A program made the translations under genes and the position numbers. Below the pieces are notes generated by a model. It was given only the letters and a program-made list of their open reading frames with translations, did no database searches and was not told the DNA's origin. Shown here in pieces: positions 50,164-64,000 of a DNA stretch of 64,000 nucleotides. Source of the DNA: Eledone cirrhosa (taxonomy: Eukaryota); the NCBI GenBank assembly GCA_964016885.1, contig OZ024742.1, positions 254,634,001-254,698,000 on the forward strand. Reading direction: 5' to 3'. How positions within the stretch are numbered: position 1 is the stretch's first letter; the number at the start of each line of letters is the position of its first letter.

Positions 50164-53100
50164 ATATATATATATGTATAAGGCTGATGAATACACATGC
50201 TTTTTCTAAAAAAAAAGATGTTTCCTTCTTTCCTCTTCACACTCTCTATCGTGCAATCATGACACTTCACCTACCCAGCCCATGAAAGCTAAACATCTGA
50301 CCTCCCACAATGTTGTGTCATGACAAAAAGCACAAAGTTCACCCTGTATGCTGGTTTGGCACCACAACAAAAGCACCCTGTCCACCCTGTAAGGTGCTCA
50401 TGATAGTGACATGACAAAAAGCACACAGTTACACTGTAAGATGGTTCTGTTGGTGACATGACAAAAAACACCCAAATCACACTATCAAGTAGTCATTTTG
50501 GTGCTATGATAAAAAGTCCCCTGTCCTCACTGTAATGCGGTTGGTGTTAGGAAGCGCATCAAGCTGCAGAAGCCAAGCCAAAATACAGATCTGTATAAGC
50601 AAGATGTGGTCTCTGGACTTGACTTGTCTCATAACATGACAACCCATATAAACCAGGCAAGTGTGGAAAATGTACGTTAAACGATGATAATGATGATGAT
50701 GATAATATATAATAGGTGTTTAGTTCGATATAATGGTTGCTGCATAAAAGCCTACATATATATATTTATATTCATTTATATAGTTTTATATACACTTTAA
50801 AAGCTACGTGTCCAGGTCAGGAATTACTTCCAATGAATATATTCACATTGATATATTCATAATCAATTAATCAATAATGTATTTCTCTGTCCGTCTGCCT
50901 GTCTGCCTGCCTGTCTGTCTGGTCTGTTGTCTCTTTAACGATAGCAAATTGTCAACAAACCATGACGAAATAGCCATTTTCTATTTACATTTAGAAATCT
51001 TTCACTTAATTTCCATCACTAATGCCCTCGTCAGTCTCATGTTTGTCACACATTTTTTCAATGGATTCAATACAATCAATAATCAATGAATTATATTGCT
51101 TCTTTTAAAAGGTGATATAATTATTACAGATTGATTTCTGTGTTGATATATTATCCATTGGTCTTAGTTGAGATTATTATGGCTTGTCAGCCATGCTTGT
51201 ACATATATACATGAATATCTGGTTTGTACTCTGATGTTTTATTCATATATGCACATATAATTGTTTTTAAACAGTGACATTTTGACTGGAAAATAATGTG
51301 GCTAAAATCCCACTAGTACATAATACACAAAAAAAGGACACATTTGGCATTATAGTCCTGTATATTTTTGAAATGATGGATGTTCACTATGTAGATATCT
51401 GTGTAATTAATCAGATTTTAAACCTTTTGATATCAAACTGCCAGAAACAATCTCTTATTTCATGATAGAAATCTTTTTGTTTTATAGTGTTTATATTTGT
51501 TTAAAAAAATAACTTTCCATGATAATGCTATGTAAACACAATTGTTATGTTCCAAATATCAGGTTAATGATCAGAAAATTGATTATAATTGATTTTATTA
51601 CAAAATCCTTTGAGTATCTTGAATATTTTCAAAAATGATTTGAAAATTATAGACAGTGCCTGTCACTAGAAGTATGGCAATGAACGGGTTAAAACTATAG
51701 GTAGTGTCTTTCATTAGAAATATGGTAACAAAAGGGTTACAGTAAAAATATGGCTTCAGTTTGCATTATATGAGGATGGATCATCCTTTGGAGGATCTTT
51801 CAGTTGTCTAATCAACTGATTATGCAATTTGTGAAAATAAATGTAAGTGGTTGAGTACCCTACAGACATACTTCTGTTTACCCAATTTTACTTACAAGGT
51901 TTGGGTTGACTCAAAGCTTAGGTAAATTACACTTGTTCCCAATATGTAATGCAATGGGATCAAAAGAAGGACCTTATTATTGTGCAGTAAACTTTGTAAC
52001 CACTTTTTTTAATATATATACATGTTTAGTGATTTTTTTCAAATGAATTATGAATATTGGAAATTGAAACTAAAATAACAATAATTATTCCACATTTAAT
52101 AATTTTTGAAAACATTTTACTTTTTCCTAACCATATTTCTAATGAGAGACAAAACCATTGATTTTCAAATAATTTGGAAAATTCTTGATATTTTCCAAAT
52201 TAATAAAATAACTTTCTTATTATTAAGATAAACTTGAAAAGTACAAAACATTAGTATGAATGCATCAAAATAATATACTATTATAGTGAATATTTTCAGA
52301 ACAATCTGTCTGCTAGTAAAGGTACAAAAAACATTTGAATTAACAAATACATTTTTATGTATATTTTTTGCTAAGTCATTATGGGATATTAAAAGTTAAG
52401 CTGGTAGTTAGAACATTACTTAATGAATATTCTTAAATAAAATATGATGGAAGTTAAATATAAACACTTTAAAACTAGAAGTTTCATATTATAGAACCAG
52501 GGGTGGTTTCATGAGGTTTGATACCAAAAGATTTTAGAAAATTCTTTGAAACTTTTGGCACCAGCATTCAGTGTAGAATTAATCAGGAATGTATAACACA
52601 ATTCCAAATGTAATTAAGTGAAGCATATTTCAAATGATATATTATATTTTGTGAAGGTGTGTAGCTTAGTGGTTAGAGTGTTCAGCTCATGATCAGGAGG
52701 TCATGAGTTTGATTTTTGATAGTGCATTGTGTCCTTAAGCAAGACACTTTATTTCATATTGCTACAGTCGACTAATTTGACAAAAGTGAGTTGTACCTGT
52801 AACTCAAACATTATTTTGCAAATAATCTCCATAACAACTGCATTAAAAGTACATGTGTTTGTAGAATGCCCAGCCACTTATATGTTAATTTAACAAGTAG
52901 GTCCTTCTGTTGATTGAACAACTGCAACACACATAATCAAAACTGATGGGTGTCCATTTATTTATACCTAGCAATGTTCTACAAAATAAATGTGTCTTTC
53001 AGTATTTAACCCTTTCATTACTATATTTCTAATGAAAGACACCACTATGATTTTCAAATAATTTTGAAAAATAATCAAGAATTTCAAAGGATTTAGTAAT

Positions 53101-54969
53101 GTAACTAACTTTCTAATTATTAAGCAGGTGTTTGGAACATGACTTAACAAAGATTCTTACAAAAAATTATGATGGAAGATTATTAGATAAATATAAACAC
53201 TTTAAAACAAACAGTTTTATATCATAGAACCAAAGTCAATTACAGGTGGATTGGTATCAAAAGGCTTAAAAGAGTAACTAGAGTAAGATTCCCATGTTCA
53301 ATCCTACTGCATAATATTTTGGGCAAATGTCATGTACCACAAACTTGGGTTTACCCAAGCCTTGTGAATGAAATGTAGCAGACAGAAACTTTTTGGAAGC
53401 CCATCAGAGGAACTGTATTGGTAATTTAAAGCTCGAGCCTTCTCACATGATCTGTTATGCAGAATGTCCCTAAAAATTATGTTATGGGTACATGTGACCA
53501 TGGAACACTCAACCACTTACAGATTAATTTCATGAGTTGGCTGTACTGTTAATTAAACAACAGGGACATTCATCATTGCAACTGATGGAGATCCATTCCA
53601 TGGGAGTATTGGATGAGGTTGTTATGGTAATAGATATAGATATGTATGACAGAAAGAAATTCGAGAATAGACGAGATGATTGTTAGAAGAAATGAGAGAT
53701 ATAGAAGACAGGTGATCTATTGGTCTGGTCAGATTCTATTGAGGTATTTTTAGAGCTATTCACAAATGTACTGTAATATAATAGAGTAGAAATATAGAGG
53801 AAGATATAGGAAGATAGAGATGCCAAAATGATGAAATAGATTAAGATAATAAAGATAGTAAGTAAAACACAGAGAATAGGAATAACTTGATAAATAGATA
53901 ACTATCTCGTGAAACAGTTTGAATATCTCAAATTCAGATAATGCAATATTGATTTTGTCTAAAATAGATAGACCTAGTAATATATATTCTGTATGAGATG
54001 TATAGGGTTGATTTAATTGAGATCAGCATATAACAGCTATTTATTTTATGAAAGATATTTTTAATAAAACAAAGCATTTTTTTAAAGTACTCATATTTAT
54101 ATTTAAACTTTCCATCATAATTTTATGTAAAAACCTGTTCTAAATATCAACATGATGATGAAAACGTTGGTTACTTTACTCCAAACTCAACAAATTCAAA
54201 ATTATTTTCTAAATTATTTGAAAATCATAGACAGTGACTTTCATTAGAAATATGTTACCGAAAGATTTAAATATGTGAAGTAAAAAGAATTTTAAACTAA
54301 TGTAGACAGTGTGAAAGTAGTTCAGGATCAAGTCATGGTATGAAGGCATGGGTTCCTAACTGTTGATAGAGTTTTAGGGGCACTGTTATGACATGCCATA
54401 TGTTGGGCATTTTAAAGTTGGCGACGCCCATCCCTGTACTGGTCTGAACACAGCCAACTACTTTCAGAGAGAGAGAGAAGGAAAGAAAGTAAGAGAGAAA
54501 GAAAAGAGTGATGAAGGATCAACTCCCAGTACTTGACTGGTACTTTATTTATCAACCTAGAAATATGAAAGGCAAAGTTGATCTCAGTTGTATTTGAATC
54601 GGAGCATAATAAGCTGAAATAAATACTGCAAAAAATTTTATCTGATATTCTAACAACTCTGTCAATTTGCTGTTTCTAACTGGGAGAAAAAATGAAATTG
54701 ATAGTAAAACTGAGGAAAAAGAATGACTGGAAATGTAACAATTGTGTTTGAAGAATTTGAGAAATTTGGAAAGAATTATATTATTTCATTTTTCTTTTAT
54801 ACTTTTATAGGTTTTAATCGTCAATCATGTCAACCCCAATATCTATTTGTTCAAGTCTGGAACTTATTTTATCAAGCTTTCTTTTGTCCAGATGCCAAAT
54901 TACAGGACATACAGTCACAAATATGAACAAAGGCATTGCCATGGACACACATAATATGTATATATATAT

Positions 54970-55059
<90 letters not shown>

Positions 55060-55495
55060 GTGAACTCCACGTGGGGTCAGTAATAGCCACACTTATGTAT
55101 AGCATTTTGGAGCAAAAACCCGTTGATAACACGGCTTCCTTGTTCAATCATCTTACCAGAAGCCCAACATTCTTTATGTAGGCAGACAGTACCTGATTTT
55201 GGAGTTGCAGAAACCAAATACTGGATTTTACCATCAGTCCAGGGTCCGGGTAAATTATCAACACATATATTTTTATTGTTTGACCCGAATTACTTGATCG
55301 TTTGTTTTGGCTGTGCGGATGATCTGTTTAACCATCATCTCAGTGTGTTTGGCCCTTAACGTATGTTGTAGCTCTGATTCACATGAATCATCGAGCGTTT
55401 GCCACACATATTGGACGTTGATTTTCGTTAATTCCTGAGCTGAAATACGATTCTCGCTAATTTATATTTGTATATATATATATATATATATATAT

Positions 55496-56746
55496 AGTAA
55501 TAATAATAAATTTGAAGACTAAAATCCAAAGAGGGCTCGATAAGGATAAATATATATCAAATATATAAGAACCGTAGAGCAAATATTTATTGAAATAACA
55601 GAATAAAGTTTAAGCAAAGAATCGCTGCTTTCACCCTTAACGGGATCTTCTGAAACTAACAAAGTCAATCTGTAAACGCAGAACTTGATATTTCAAAAAA
55701 CGTTGCAACCGGAGGAAGACAGGAAGACGATACTTTGGTTCGTGGAAACGTTCGCTGGCAAAGAACGGGAAAGAACGAATAATACGTCATTAATAGGAGC
55801 GCTGAAAAACAATTACGCGCAAAGACACAACCACGTAAATGGTATAGCAGAAGTCGTAGACTAAAATTCTAACTAGGAGACCAAATGAATCTCCGCTACA
55901 GAGTTAAGAACCAAGTAAATAAATACAATACAGAAGTAATAGAAATAAATAAATACATACGCGCAAACAAATACGTACATACACAAGCATACGCAAAAAC
56001 TTACCATAGGTATACAAAACCACGCACATATAAATATGTGTGTGTGTGTATGCGTGTGTGTGTATGCGTGTGTGTATGCGTGTATAAATAAATAATTATA
56101 TAAACGTATATAAATAAATAAATACGTATATAACAAGCGCACACACATACCTACATATAAATACACGAATGTTCGGAGACGTAAGTCAACTAAAACATGA
56201 AGTACGCATATACACACACCCACCATACGTACGAACCTGCATACTCACACAGACGCAAAACTCCCGTATACACATAGCCAAACCATATGTACCAGAATAT
56301 ATAAAATTATACGCCATAACAATCAAATATACGTACGAGAAGGTATACGTACCTTCACAAAACATACGGGTAATATATACTTACCTATGCAAATAAGTAA
56401 AGGAATAAACAAAACATATACTTAGCTCCCACATCAAGACGTAAAATATCCACGTATAGATCGTACTATCCGTTAGGGTATAACGTGGGGCTGTAATACA
56501 GGAAAGTTTTGTGCAATTTATGTTTTGTTTTTCACCGCTCCTATTAATGACGTATTATTCGTTCTTTCCCATTCTTTGCCAGCGAACGTTTCCACGAACC
56601 AAAGTATCGTCTTCCTGTCTTCCTCCGGTTGCAACATTTTTTGAAATATCCAGTTCTGCGTTTACAGATTGACTTTGTTAGTTTCAGAAGATCCCGTTAA
56701 GGGTGAAAGCAGCGATTCTTTGCTTAAACTTTAATCTGTTATTTTA

Positions 56747-56752
<6 letters not shown>
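55496..56752 (-). mobile_element. Longest copy of family A with an inverted partial terminal repeat
   Basis: 56533-56752 is the reverse complement of ~55582-55810; both ends abut (TA)n. Confidence 0.8.
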
Positions 56753-56808
<56 letters not shown>

Positions 56809-56991
56809 GTTTGTATATGTATAATAAAGCCAAAACAATGCAGGTATGGACATAGAATAAAGAATGCAAATGCAAAAGATATTGTTGAAAATTAGTCTTT
56901 TACCTTAGATTTATTTAAATGTCCTTAATTTTTGAGATAATATCTCTTCTTCGGGGAGAAGTAAAGCGATTAAACCAGTGTTCTAAATAGC

Positions 56992-58648
56992 TTGCCAAGT
57001 CATGCTGACAGGAAATGCTCCCGAGAGGAATTAGACCTCCTCAGTCTCGGTCCCAAGTTCATATTGAAACAGAGACTGGGCGACAAATTATGGCTCGACA
57101 TAGAAACGAATTTCTGTCGGGCTGCCTACCAACTAAAATCGATATCGACTCTCGGCAACAATACCACGGAATCTAACAAACCCAGATTCCCGATATACCA
57201 ACTGGATCGCCCACTCTGTCCACCGCCTGCCAACTGTGAGCTTGAAGAAAAACTCTCGAGGCTAAAACATTCCGTATTTAACATCTTATGGAAACAGAAG
57301 AAGATAGCCCCAAACCTCTCCGGGACACAACTCGCCCTGAAGAACCTACGGAATAGGGAACTTATATACTTAACATCCGACGAAGGTAAATCGTTTTGCG
57401 TCATCTCTCAAGACACATACAACAACCTAGCCTCTGAACATCTAAGCGAAAATGTACTATATACAAAGATCCCGGACATGACTGCAGCCCAGATCGAAAA
57501 ACAGACCAACTTCATCTGGTTCGACATCTGTAGGAGAAGACAACTCCCAAATAAAGTTAAGCTCAACTACACCACTAGAAATAGCAGCCTGCCCACTTTC
57601 TACCACCTCATCAAGATCCACAAGAATAGTACTAAGACACAAATAAGACCCATCGTCTCTAGCATAGAAGGACCCCTATACAAAATTTCCTGGCTCCTCT
57701 TCCAGGTCCTCAAGCCTCTATTCTCCACCTTTCCCGGGCATGTCAGTAGCTCCGACGAAGTCATACGTAGACTACACCAACTCCAGCCAGAACAACTTAA
57801 ACTAAATAGATACGCCTTTAGCCTCGACGTTGTCTCACTCTACACTACAGTCCCCGCTCATCCAACTGTTGATTTATTGACGGACTGCGTGGTCGCAGAG
57901 GACATCCACTGCTACGGCCTCCATCCGACGGACATACACCAGCTTTTGTCCTTCACAGTGGACAACACATACTTCACCTTCCACCACCACACATACAGAC
58001 AGACAACAGGATTACCCATGGGATCCAGCCTATCGGGCCTGCTGGCCATCACCTATATGAACCAGCTAGAATGCCGAGCCCTCAACACCTGCCATTCCCA
58101 TACCTTCTTCACCCGATATGTAGATGACATACTCATCCTTACATCATCCCGTGAGGAGGCGGATAAAATATACACAACATTCTCCAGCATGGACGCCAGT
58201 ATAAAGTTCACTGGACTTCCAACTCAGGGTAACCGAGGAAGGCAACATCCACACATGCTTCTATAAAAAAGCCGCCAGCAGGGACCTGTTCGTACATTTC
58301 AGATCGGCCCTCCCAGCCGGTGCTAAGTTCGGATACATAAGGAACGAACTAACACGTATCCGGAACAAATGCACCGACGCTAGAGACCGAGACACACACA
58401 CCACACATCTCCTGGAAGTACTCAAACTGAACGGATGAACGACATCCACCACAAACCGTGCCAGAAAAAACAGAGGACACCACACCCGAGGCACTAACAC
58501 TTGCTTCCTGAAGCTCCCACACTTCAGTGACCAAATAACAACAGCCATCCACAGAGCTATCAAACGAGAGGGACTAGATATCCAACTGGCCCACTCAGGT
58601 CCTTCTCTACGCGGACAGCTAACCAAAAAGACACTCCACCAGACATGA
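56992..58648 (+). pseudogene. Penelope-like element reverse transcriptase, 5'-truncated, frameshift at ~58210
   Basis: LSLGPKF, FYHLIKIHK, IRPIVS, SLDVVSLYTTVP, GLPMGSSLSGLLA, TRYVDDIL. Continues in another frame as LDFQL...FYKK...HFRSALP...LKLNG*...LKLPHF. Confidence 0.9.
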
Positions 58649-58705
58649 CAGTGTGTGCGGGGTGCTTTTTGCATGACCACTTTACAGTGTGGGCTTTGGA
58701 TATTT

Positions 58706-59028
58706 AAATATGTGGGGCCACATCTAACTTTTTTAAGAAAAGATGGTATGTGCACACCTATTCTTTTAAGAATCACGAAGTTCGCAAATCCGCCACGTTG
58801 GCTAGAAAAATATATGATTTAACGAATGAAAAAATAGAATATCAACTGTCATGATCTATTATGCGCTATGCACACCCCTACGAATGTGGAAAAAAGGATT
58901 ATGATCTTTGTGTGACAGAAGTATTGGAAATCATGACAGGGAAGAATTTACTAAACTCTAGCCAGGATAGAATATTCAACTGTAAGCATAAATACCTAAA
59001 AACATCCTCTAAATACAGTCCAAACTAA
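58706..59028 (+). pseudogene. PLE-type GIY-YIG endonuclease fragment
   Basis: Hand translation with one frameshift and one stop: KYVG/ATSNFFKKRWYVHTYSF...ATLARKIYDL...AHPY...DLCVTEVLEI...LLNS...CKHK. Confidence 0.7.
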
Positions 59029-62000
59029 CCCATGATTAGATCCTACAACTCCATTTCCATTTTCTCTTGACCTTATCTTCTTTGTCTGGCTGATCTTTAT
59101 GACAAAGCAGACTGGTGCCAAATCTACCATTTCAATATTCCCCTTATCTATAAAATCACTTATATACTATCAAAGCTAATAGATTTCTTTTCATCAAAAC
59201 AAAAACTCCTATTACCTAAAATGGTCCTCTTTGAACTATAGAACAATTCCTTCTCAGTCAATGACATTTCTTACTCCAACAGTACCAAAAATAATTGAAG
59301 TTACTATCTACATCACTTCTTCCTCTTTCCCTTCTACACTAATACCCTAAAAAAACATTATTAGTATCGGTAGAGGGTCGGATACCATGCTTTCCAGCAT
59401 AGTTACGTCCCTTTACGATCTGAGTTCAAATCCCGCTGAGGTTGACTTTGCCTTTCATCCTTACGGGGTCGATAAAATAAAGTACCAGTAATGCACTGGG
59501 TAATTGCTGGCCTTGTGCCTAAAGTAGAAACAATTATTGTATTATTTTTCTCTGAGGATTCACAGGTGATAAATGTAATGTGGATAAATGAATAAAACAA
59601 AATATTTGTTTAGCTTTAGTAGACAAAGCTACCAAGATTTGATGTTTAATATATTTTCAAATAGCTACCAACTATAAAAAAGAACTTTCAGTATACTGGA
59701 GCTATAAAAAGATTCAATAACAAAAACATTTAGCTGCTTTATAGCTCTCCTTTTTCTTCACATTTTCCTAATTTTGCCCCCTCTTCTTTTCCTTTTCTTT
59801 TCTTTTCCTTTTTTCTCTTGCTCCCCTCTTTCTCAATTTTGTTTCTTAATTGTAAGAGACCTTAGTCTGTCATGGTTTACCAGCTCTATCTTGGTGTTAG
59901 ATTGATTAAAAAATGAATAAATAGATAAATATGATGGGTTTCTACAGCTTCTATCAACCAAATTTTGCACTCAACCTGAGGCTATAGCAGAAGACACTTA
60001 TTCTAGGTGTCGCACAGTGGGACTGAACCTAGAAATAAATCAATAATTGGTGTTCACTTCAATTGAAATTATAATTTTTTTTTTTTCATAATTTACTAAA
60101 TCTTTGTTTATCTAAAAAAATATATTTTGTTTTTGTATTCCTGAAATTGTTGTTTTATTTGTTGCTATTTTTGTTTCTATTATTTCTATATTTTATTTAT
60201 ATGATTTCTCTATATTTTGGATATTTGCCTTTATCTCATATTGTTTATAAGGAATATCATTTGTTTCACTCCTTGCCTTCTTTGGACTGAGACAGTGAAA
60301 AAAATGGTTTGTTTAAAGTAACAACTTTAATTCAAATTACTGCCTTCTTCTTCTTCTTCTTCTTCTTCTTCTTCTTGTCAGAAGCAACAATCTCTAGTTG
60401 ATCAGGCTGGATCCCCAATTGAGACCAGCTGAACTCATGAATGTTTTCCAACCATCATGCACAGGGTCTACGCTGGGTCTCCTGCTAGTTGCTTTTGCTT
60501 GTAAAATCTGACCAAGTTTGAAGTGTGTAAAATGTTTAATAAAATATCTCTTGTTTCAGAGAATCTCTGACTTGCACCATTTTTGTAGAATTAACTCTTT
60601 ACATACTATAATGATTTAAAAGAATATATTCAAAAATAAGTTTGTTAATTCAAATTTTTCTAATATCTTTCCCAGTGGAGAGATTGTTGTGAGAATTTTC
60701 AGTGTTAAAATAAAGACTATGTATTATCATCTGTGGAGATGCTTATCAAATGTCAATTGATATTTATCTGAGAGATATGTGAACTTTACATTCCCTATTT
60801 AACATAATATCCTTCCTGACTCAAACCATGTTATAGGATATACTGAATGTATATATATCGAATTATAGAATGTAATGTGGGCATTTCAATGAGACACCAA
60901 AACTAACACTTTACAGAATGTCCTAAGAGCATTTCCTTGTGGCACTAACACTACTAATTTACAGAGTGCACTGGATGCATTTTATTATGGAATCCACATG
61001 ACCACTTTACAGACTGTATTGGGTGCCTTTTATCATAGTATCAGCACTAACACTTTGCAAAGTATACAGGATGCATTTTATTAGGGCACCAGCATTAGAG
61101 CAGTTGTCATATTCTCAACCAGACCCGAAAGTTCTCTCTATCCTATATACTGTCTCTGTTTGTGTATAAATATATATGATTATATTATATATCAATAGTA
61201 ACAATGGAAACAGCAATAATGAGATATCTTAATCCCCTCAAACCAAACAACTTGATTCTAGCCTGAGTCTAGACTAATAACTGATTATGTTACTCACCAA
61301 ACAGACTAGAATGATCTATAGGAGATCATGGACCCGTGAAAACAGTCTTCTTCATTGATTTCCAATTACAATTTTCTCTCTTTCTTCATTTCTTTTCAGA
61401 AAAATCATTCAATTTAACGAAACCCTTCATATATAGAGTCCTAATTATTTTTATATTTCGTCCACCTCTCCTACTCTTATTTTTGTTGTATTTTCAATTT
61501 GGCATTGCTCCAGGTATCATCACCTTTCGTCTACAATATCTGTGTTTAGCTGTGTGTCTGTTGGTTTCTCTTCCTCCATCTTGGTCTGTCTATACTGTCT
61601 GCGTTAAGCTGTCTCTTGATCTCTCTTCCTTTTCTTTAGTCTTTCTACAGAGTGTTGGTTTAGCTATCTGTCTTTTGTTTACCATTTCTCTATATTGGTC
61701 TTTATATAATGTGTATGTTTAGCTCACTGTCTCATAGTCTATCTTTTCTATCTTGGTCTTTTTACAGTGTGTGTATTTTTAGGTGTTTGTCTCATGGTTT
61801 CCCTCTTCCTCTATCTTGATCTTTCTTCAGTGTATGTGTTTAGCTGTCAGTCTCATGGTCTCTCTCTTTCTCTATGGTGGTCTTTCTTCAGTGTGTGTGT
61901 TTAACTGTCTGTCTGTTTGTCTCTCTCTCTCTTGCTCTATCTTGGTCTTTCTGTCTATTGTTCTCTCTTCCTATATATTCGGCTATCTTGAATTTCTATT

Positions 62001-62355
62001 TTTTTGTGTCTTTAAATGTATTTTCTTTCTTTTTTATTTTTAATGTTCTTTTATTTTAATAATCATTTCTGTCATTAAACTGCCACTATGCTGATGAACC
62101 ACCTCGATTTAGTTGCTTATATTGATTTTAGTATTCCTTTATCTCTCTACCTCTCCCCCTCTGTCTCTACCTCCTATCTCTCTCTCTATATATATATACA
62201 TATATATATGTATGTGTGTGTGTGCGTGTGTGTGTGTGTGCGTGTGTGTGTATGTGTATAAATTTATTATGGTATATATATATACAATCCTGATCGATCC
62301 CTCTTTGGATTTTGGTCTTCATAATTACTATATATATATGTATATATATATATAT

Positions 62356-62860
62356 ATTACAAAATAGCAGGAGGCATGTTCTGGTGTAAATCCTTGAAAG
62401 GTTTATTTTACTATGATCATTTCAATGACCGGGTTCAGTATGAATCCAGTGACATCATCAGGTAATTCAAAATATAACGAAGAAATATATGAAATAAAAA
62501 TCTTTGGTGCTTAAATCAGAGACAAGAGGGCGGCCGGTATTTTAGTGACTTGTATCTGATTTAAACACCAAAGATTTTTATTTCATATATTCCTTCGTTA
62601 TATTTTGAATTACCTGATGATGTCACCGGATTCATACTGAACCCGGTCATTGAAATGATCATAGTAAAATAAACCTTTCAAGGATTTATACCAGAACATG
62701 CCTCCTGCTATTTTGTAATAATTAACTCCGTACTCGCACCACCTACTACACAAACGAAGATGGGTGATTGCATTACGTTGAGTGCTTTCCATAAGATTAC
62801 ATCGTGGCTGACCACACAGAATGACTAGTTCTATCCAGTAAACCCAAATAAATATATAAT
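62356..62860 (+). mobile_element. Fold-back element: ~170-bp near-perfect inverted repeat with hammerheads plus a 3' tail
   Basis: 62356-62526 mirrors 62550-62719 around a short spacer; unpaired tail runs to ~62855; microsatellites on both sides. Confidence 0.8.
62610..62667 (+). ncRNA. Type I hammerhead ribozyme (inverted copy 62408-62465 minus)
   Basis: TTAC-CTGATGA-TGtcACCGG attcatactgaac CCGGT CAtt-GAAA TGATCA TA-GTAA. Stem III is the palindrome ATGATCAT. Confidence 0.7.
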
Positions 62861-63116
62861 AGAGAGAGAGAGAGAAAGAGAGGGAGAGAGAGGGTGAGAA
62901 AGGGAAAGAGAGATGGCCTGTGTAGTTGTAGAGTTTGCTACACAACTATGTGCCTTTGGGTTCAATTCTGATGTGTGTTTTTGTGTCTGTGCTTATGTCC
63001 TTTAACTTAGTGGTTCAACAAAAACAAATCAATATGTACCGTACTTCAAATGCTAAGTAGTGAGGTTGATATGATTCATTAAATCAGGATGGTGCCAGTG
63101 TGTGTGGCCGGAGTCA

Positions 63117-63151
<35 letters not shown>

Positions 63152-64000
63152 TTAGAAAGAGATCGAAGTTTCAGTTCAACATATAATATTTGTCATTAAA
63201 TGTAATATCTGCTATTAAAACTAATCCCCATGTAGAGACAGAAGTTGTGCCAATCATTATTGGGGTGCTAGGCACATTCCTTAAAGATTTTACGTCTTTC
63301 ACCAAAAGCCTTGGAATCATTGACTTCATTTTAAGTGGCCAAATTTCTACCATCTATACCACATACTGAGCCTCTGAGATCAGCGACTGATCTGAAGCCA
63401 GTTAACACACTTCAACTAGCGACCAATTTCTTGAGAAAACTTCTTTTTTTTTAAATGATTATTATTAAAAAATTTATTTCCTTGATGTGAGAAAAAACTT
63501 TATCTTGCAATATTTTCACTCTGATATATTAAACAATACCAAATAATTCAAGAAATTGAGACATTGATAATGAAATGCCACTCATGGTGGTGGAATTTTT
63601 TTACAGTTATTTAAATTTAATCAACAAACATGGTGCATACATACATACATACGTACATACATACATGTCTACATACATATATACAGACATGTGTATATAT
63701 ATATATATACATACATACATCTATATACACACTTGCAATTGCATATGACAATAAATATGGCAATATCAACAAAACATTTTCAAACACACACAGAGACTTT
63801 ATAACAAACAAATATATATGAAGTCATATATGTCTGTATGTGTGTGTCTATAAATGTATGAAACATATATATATATATATATAAATGTTCTACTATGGGA
63901 GGGTCATGCTGCCGATAAAAACCACATGTACCTGTTGAATTTCACTTCAATTTATTATTATAATTGCCCAAGGGTGGTGGATTGGCAGTATCGGTAGAGC

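Noticed and set aside
58436-58855. In-frame TGA codons in the PLE fragments as possible selenocysteine (reported for Naiad PLEs)
   Set aside because: Two fall at positions normally Tyr (NGY) and Trp, the third is at a breakpoint, frameshifts are present, and I saw no SECIS.

Overview
AT-rich, microsatellite-dense eukaryotic DNA. The SINE/LINE complement and (TA)n/(GA)n load suggest a cephalopod such as Octopus, which is an inference. No convincing host protein-coding gene is visible; almost all ORF-track entries are microsatellite or antisense artefacts. The only intact long ORF is an R4/Dong-clade non-LTR retrotransposon (RT + CCHC + restriction-like endonuclease) sitting in a (TAA)n tract, with the 5' UTR of a second head-to-tail copy at the window start. 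Decayed elements include L1/Tx1, RTE, an I-clade RNase H LINE, Penelope-like (PLE) RT and GIY-YIG fragments, mariner, Chapaev-3-like, MITEs and tRNA-SINEs. The most striking unannotated structure is about ten sequence-unrelated non-coding elements embedded in (TA)n tracts. They have fold-back and/or tandem architecture and carry type I hammerhead ribozyme (HHR) folds that I paired by hand. These include a ~500-bp tandem HHR array (retrozyme-like) and families with non-canonical cores. A separate 269-bp tandem/fold-back unit carries a complete tRNA-like cloverleaf plus T-run instead of an HHR. Coordinates were read by eye and may be off by a few bases.
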